Source: Lama glama (Eukaryota). Taken from it: a stretch of 64,000 nt of DNA. How positions within the stretch are numbered: the first letter of the stretch is position 1; each line of letters opens with the position of its first letter. A program made the position numbers and the translations under genes. The stretch spans positions 11,968,001 to 12,032,000 of the forward strand of contig CM052818.1 in NCBI GenBank assembly GCA_028534125.1, given 5' to 3'. The notes below the pieces were generated by a model, which searched no databases, was not told the DNA's origin, and saw nothing but the letters and a program-made list of their open reading frames with translations. This document shows positions 61,988 through 64,000 of this stretch, piece after piece.

Positions 61988-64000
61988 CTAAAAAGAAATA
62001 GAGTAAGGCACAATTAATTTGTTTGCAATCTTGTAAATCGCTGTTTTGATTAGAAAACAAAATTCGAATTCTGTGTTGGTGGGTCACTTGCCATACTTCT
62101 CTTCACCCACCTGGAATGGCTAAGAGGGTAAGTGGAGGGAGGCAATCCCTCAAGTCTCACTGACCAATTTTATATCCATCGCCTAGAAACTAAATAAGAA
62201 TTACAGTATAAATGCTTTAACAGAGTTTGTACATGTAGAAATGTACAAGTAGAGACACATGGTCCCCCCCCTCTAAAAACAAGAAAAAATACATAGAAAA
62301 TTGTATCTAGACTTTCAGGATTTTTCCTCACCTCGTTACCACTGGGGTGGGCAAATTAATTATTTATGTATGCTGTTCTCCATTGGACAGTGTTTTATGC
62401 CATCCTATGATTTAACAAGTTAACAAGAAATATCCCCAAAACAAAACAAAAAATCCCATTATTCTAACACTTTCCAGTGTTTTAGACTGAACAAGTACAA
62501 ATCTCTTAAGTTGCTTCAGCTACAAATATATAAACACTCAACTACAGTTACTGATATGAATGTCTGATTCACAAACTCAGGCACAGGCAGAACTGCAACA
62601 ATAAATGCGCTGATCTAGTATCACCCCATGTCAGGAAAACAAAGGGCGTAAGAGATACAGTATTATGGTTGAATACGCATGTATGCCTGTATGGGGAGTC
62701 TCAGTGTTATGGCTTCTCAGCAAGTTGAATAAATTATGATTATGTATTATATAAGAAGTCTGAAAATGTCTACACCTCAGTTATATACACATATAAAATA
62801 TGTCTTATACGTATGTCTTAATTATAAACTTTATGGTACAATATTAGCTTTACTGATCTATAGGGTTATATTAGTAGTCAAGTAAAAATGAAGATATTAA
62901 TATATGTAAAGATCCCCAAAATAAAAATGAGGGTTATATTTATTACCATTTTATTATTTACATGATACCCTATACACCATGTGGGCCTGTTCATTAGAGA
63001 TGTCTACAATGAATGCATCTACATATTCATATTGATGAAAGAGTAAAATAATATTAGTCTTATTAAAAGAAAAACATACATATGATCATTAGAATTAAAA
63101 TGCTAGTCTTTTAGATAAAGTATTGTATTCAAAGTAGGTAAACTAAGGTGGAAAATTTGGATGCCAAGACTGTTTACATATGCCCATTACTGTGCTTTGA
63201 TCTGACCCATATATGGAAACATGTTAGTTACACGAGGGTTGTATGGACACATCGATCCCTGCAGTAAACACGTGGTGAGGTAGCTCTGATAAACTGACAC
63301 GTAAATGTAGTTCATTTTGGGAAAGGGACTGGGACGATCAAGATTCCAAGTGGAGAACTATTTCAATATAATATATGTCAGTATTTACAAATGTTATCTG
63401 TATTATTCTGTATCTGCAAGCTAGCTTTTCTGTTAAGAACTGATGCCACACTGAATTTGAAGACATTTCTATGGATCAGCCACCTCTTTTGGAAACTTCT
63501 GTGGTGACTCGCCCTACTTAAAACATAGCTGCTTTTTCCCACTGTGATACTGTATCTGTGGATAACTACTGTTGGACATATCTCGGCATAGAATGAAAAA
63601 CTGGCTATGCTGTGCTGCGTGCAACTGACTTCTCCTTAGGCCTGATCAGTGAGAAAAACAGTGAAATAGTAACCCATTCTGCTCTCAGTCTAATCTAATT
63701 CTCATGCTAATGGAGTTTAGGTGATAAAAATTGAATGTGGAATACTAAAAGTGTTTTTTGTGGCTACAAGATGATCTCTTATATAAACACCTCATAAACA
63801 AATTTTGTTTGTTTCTTCCCTAAGAAACAAAACATACTCCCACCAACACACAGGATTAAGAAAAAGGTATGTTTCTTCCACTTGAAAAATATAAGCCCTA
63901 TTTGTCCCATTTCACACTGTGGCTCTGCACGGTTAGTATCAATCACACCAAGCTCACACTACCTCCGTCTACTTGTACAATGCTAATTTGAAAATACTCC

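Noticed and set aside
61638..62087. 149-aa minus-strand ORF
   Set aside because: Overlaps VRK2 exon 10 in a different frame; no recognisable protein
1..64000. A novel prokaryote-style system (operon, CRISPR array, defence island)
   Set aside because: This is spliced mammalian DNA; no regularly spaced repeat-spacer array or dense ORF cluster, and the recognisable coding signal is FANCL, VRK2 or L1

Overview
AT-rich, intron-dominated mammalian genomic DNA, probably camelid (cetartiodactyl) judging from its SINE and young L1 3' ends; I recognised no Alu, Bov-A/BovB or PRE-1. The window holds the 3' halves of two convergent, tail-to-tail overlapping genes. FANCL (+ strand) has 9 coding exons, equivalent to human exons 6-14, at 2902-37421, with an intact RING finger. 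VRK2 (- strand) has 4 coding exons, equivalent to human exons 10-13, at 61987-37484, ending in the transmembrane tail. All 13 exons have GT-AG boundaries and splice in frame. The rest is intron: old and young LINE-1 (often nested), MIR/L2, hAT and Tigger DNA transposons, one tRNA-derived SINE, two N gaps and several unique blocks that may be conserved enhancers. I found no evidence of a new multi-gene system. The most notable observations are a GC/CpG-rich remodelling of VRK2 exon 12 that resembles GC-biased gene conversion, a 6-nt deletion at the VRK2 exon 10 donor that removes a Cys-Cys pair, a 56-bp polyA retro-insertion made of an L1 ORF1 end, a 131-bp dispersed direct duplication, and a 5'-intact L1 just behind the FANCL/VRK2 overlap. 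Exon numbering and human comparisons are recalled from memory, not from an alignment. Repeat subfamily names and boundaries are approximate.
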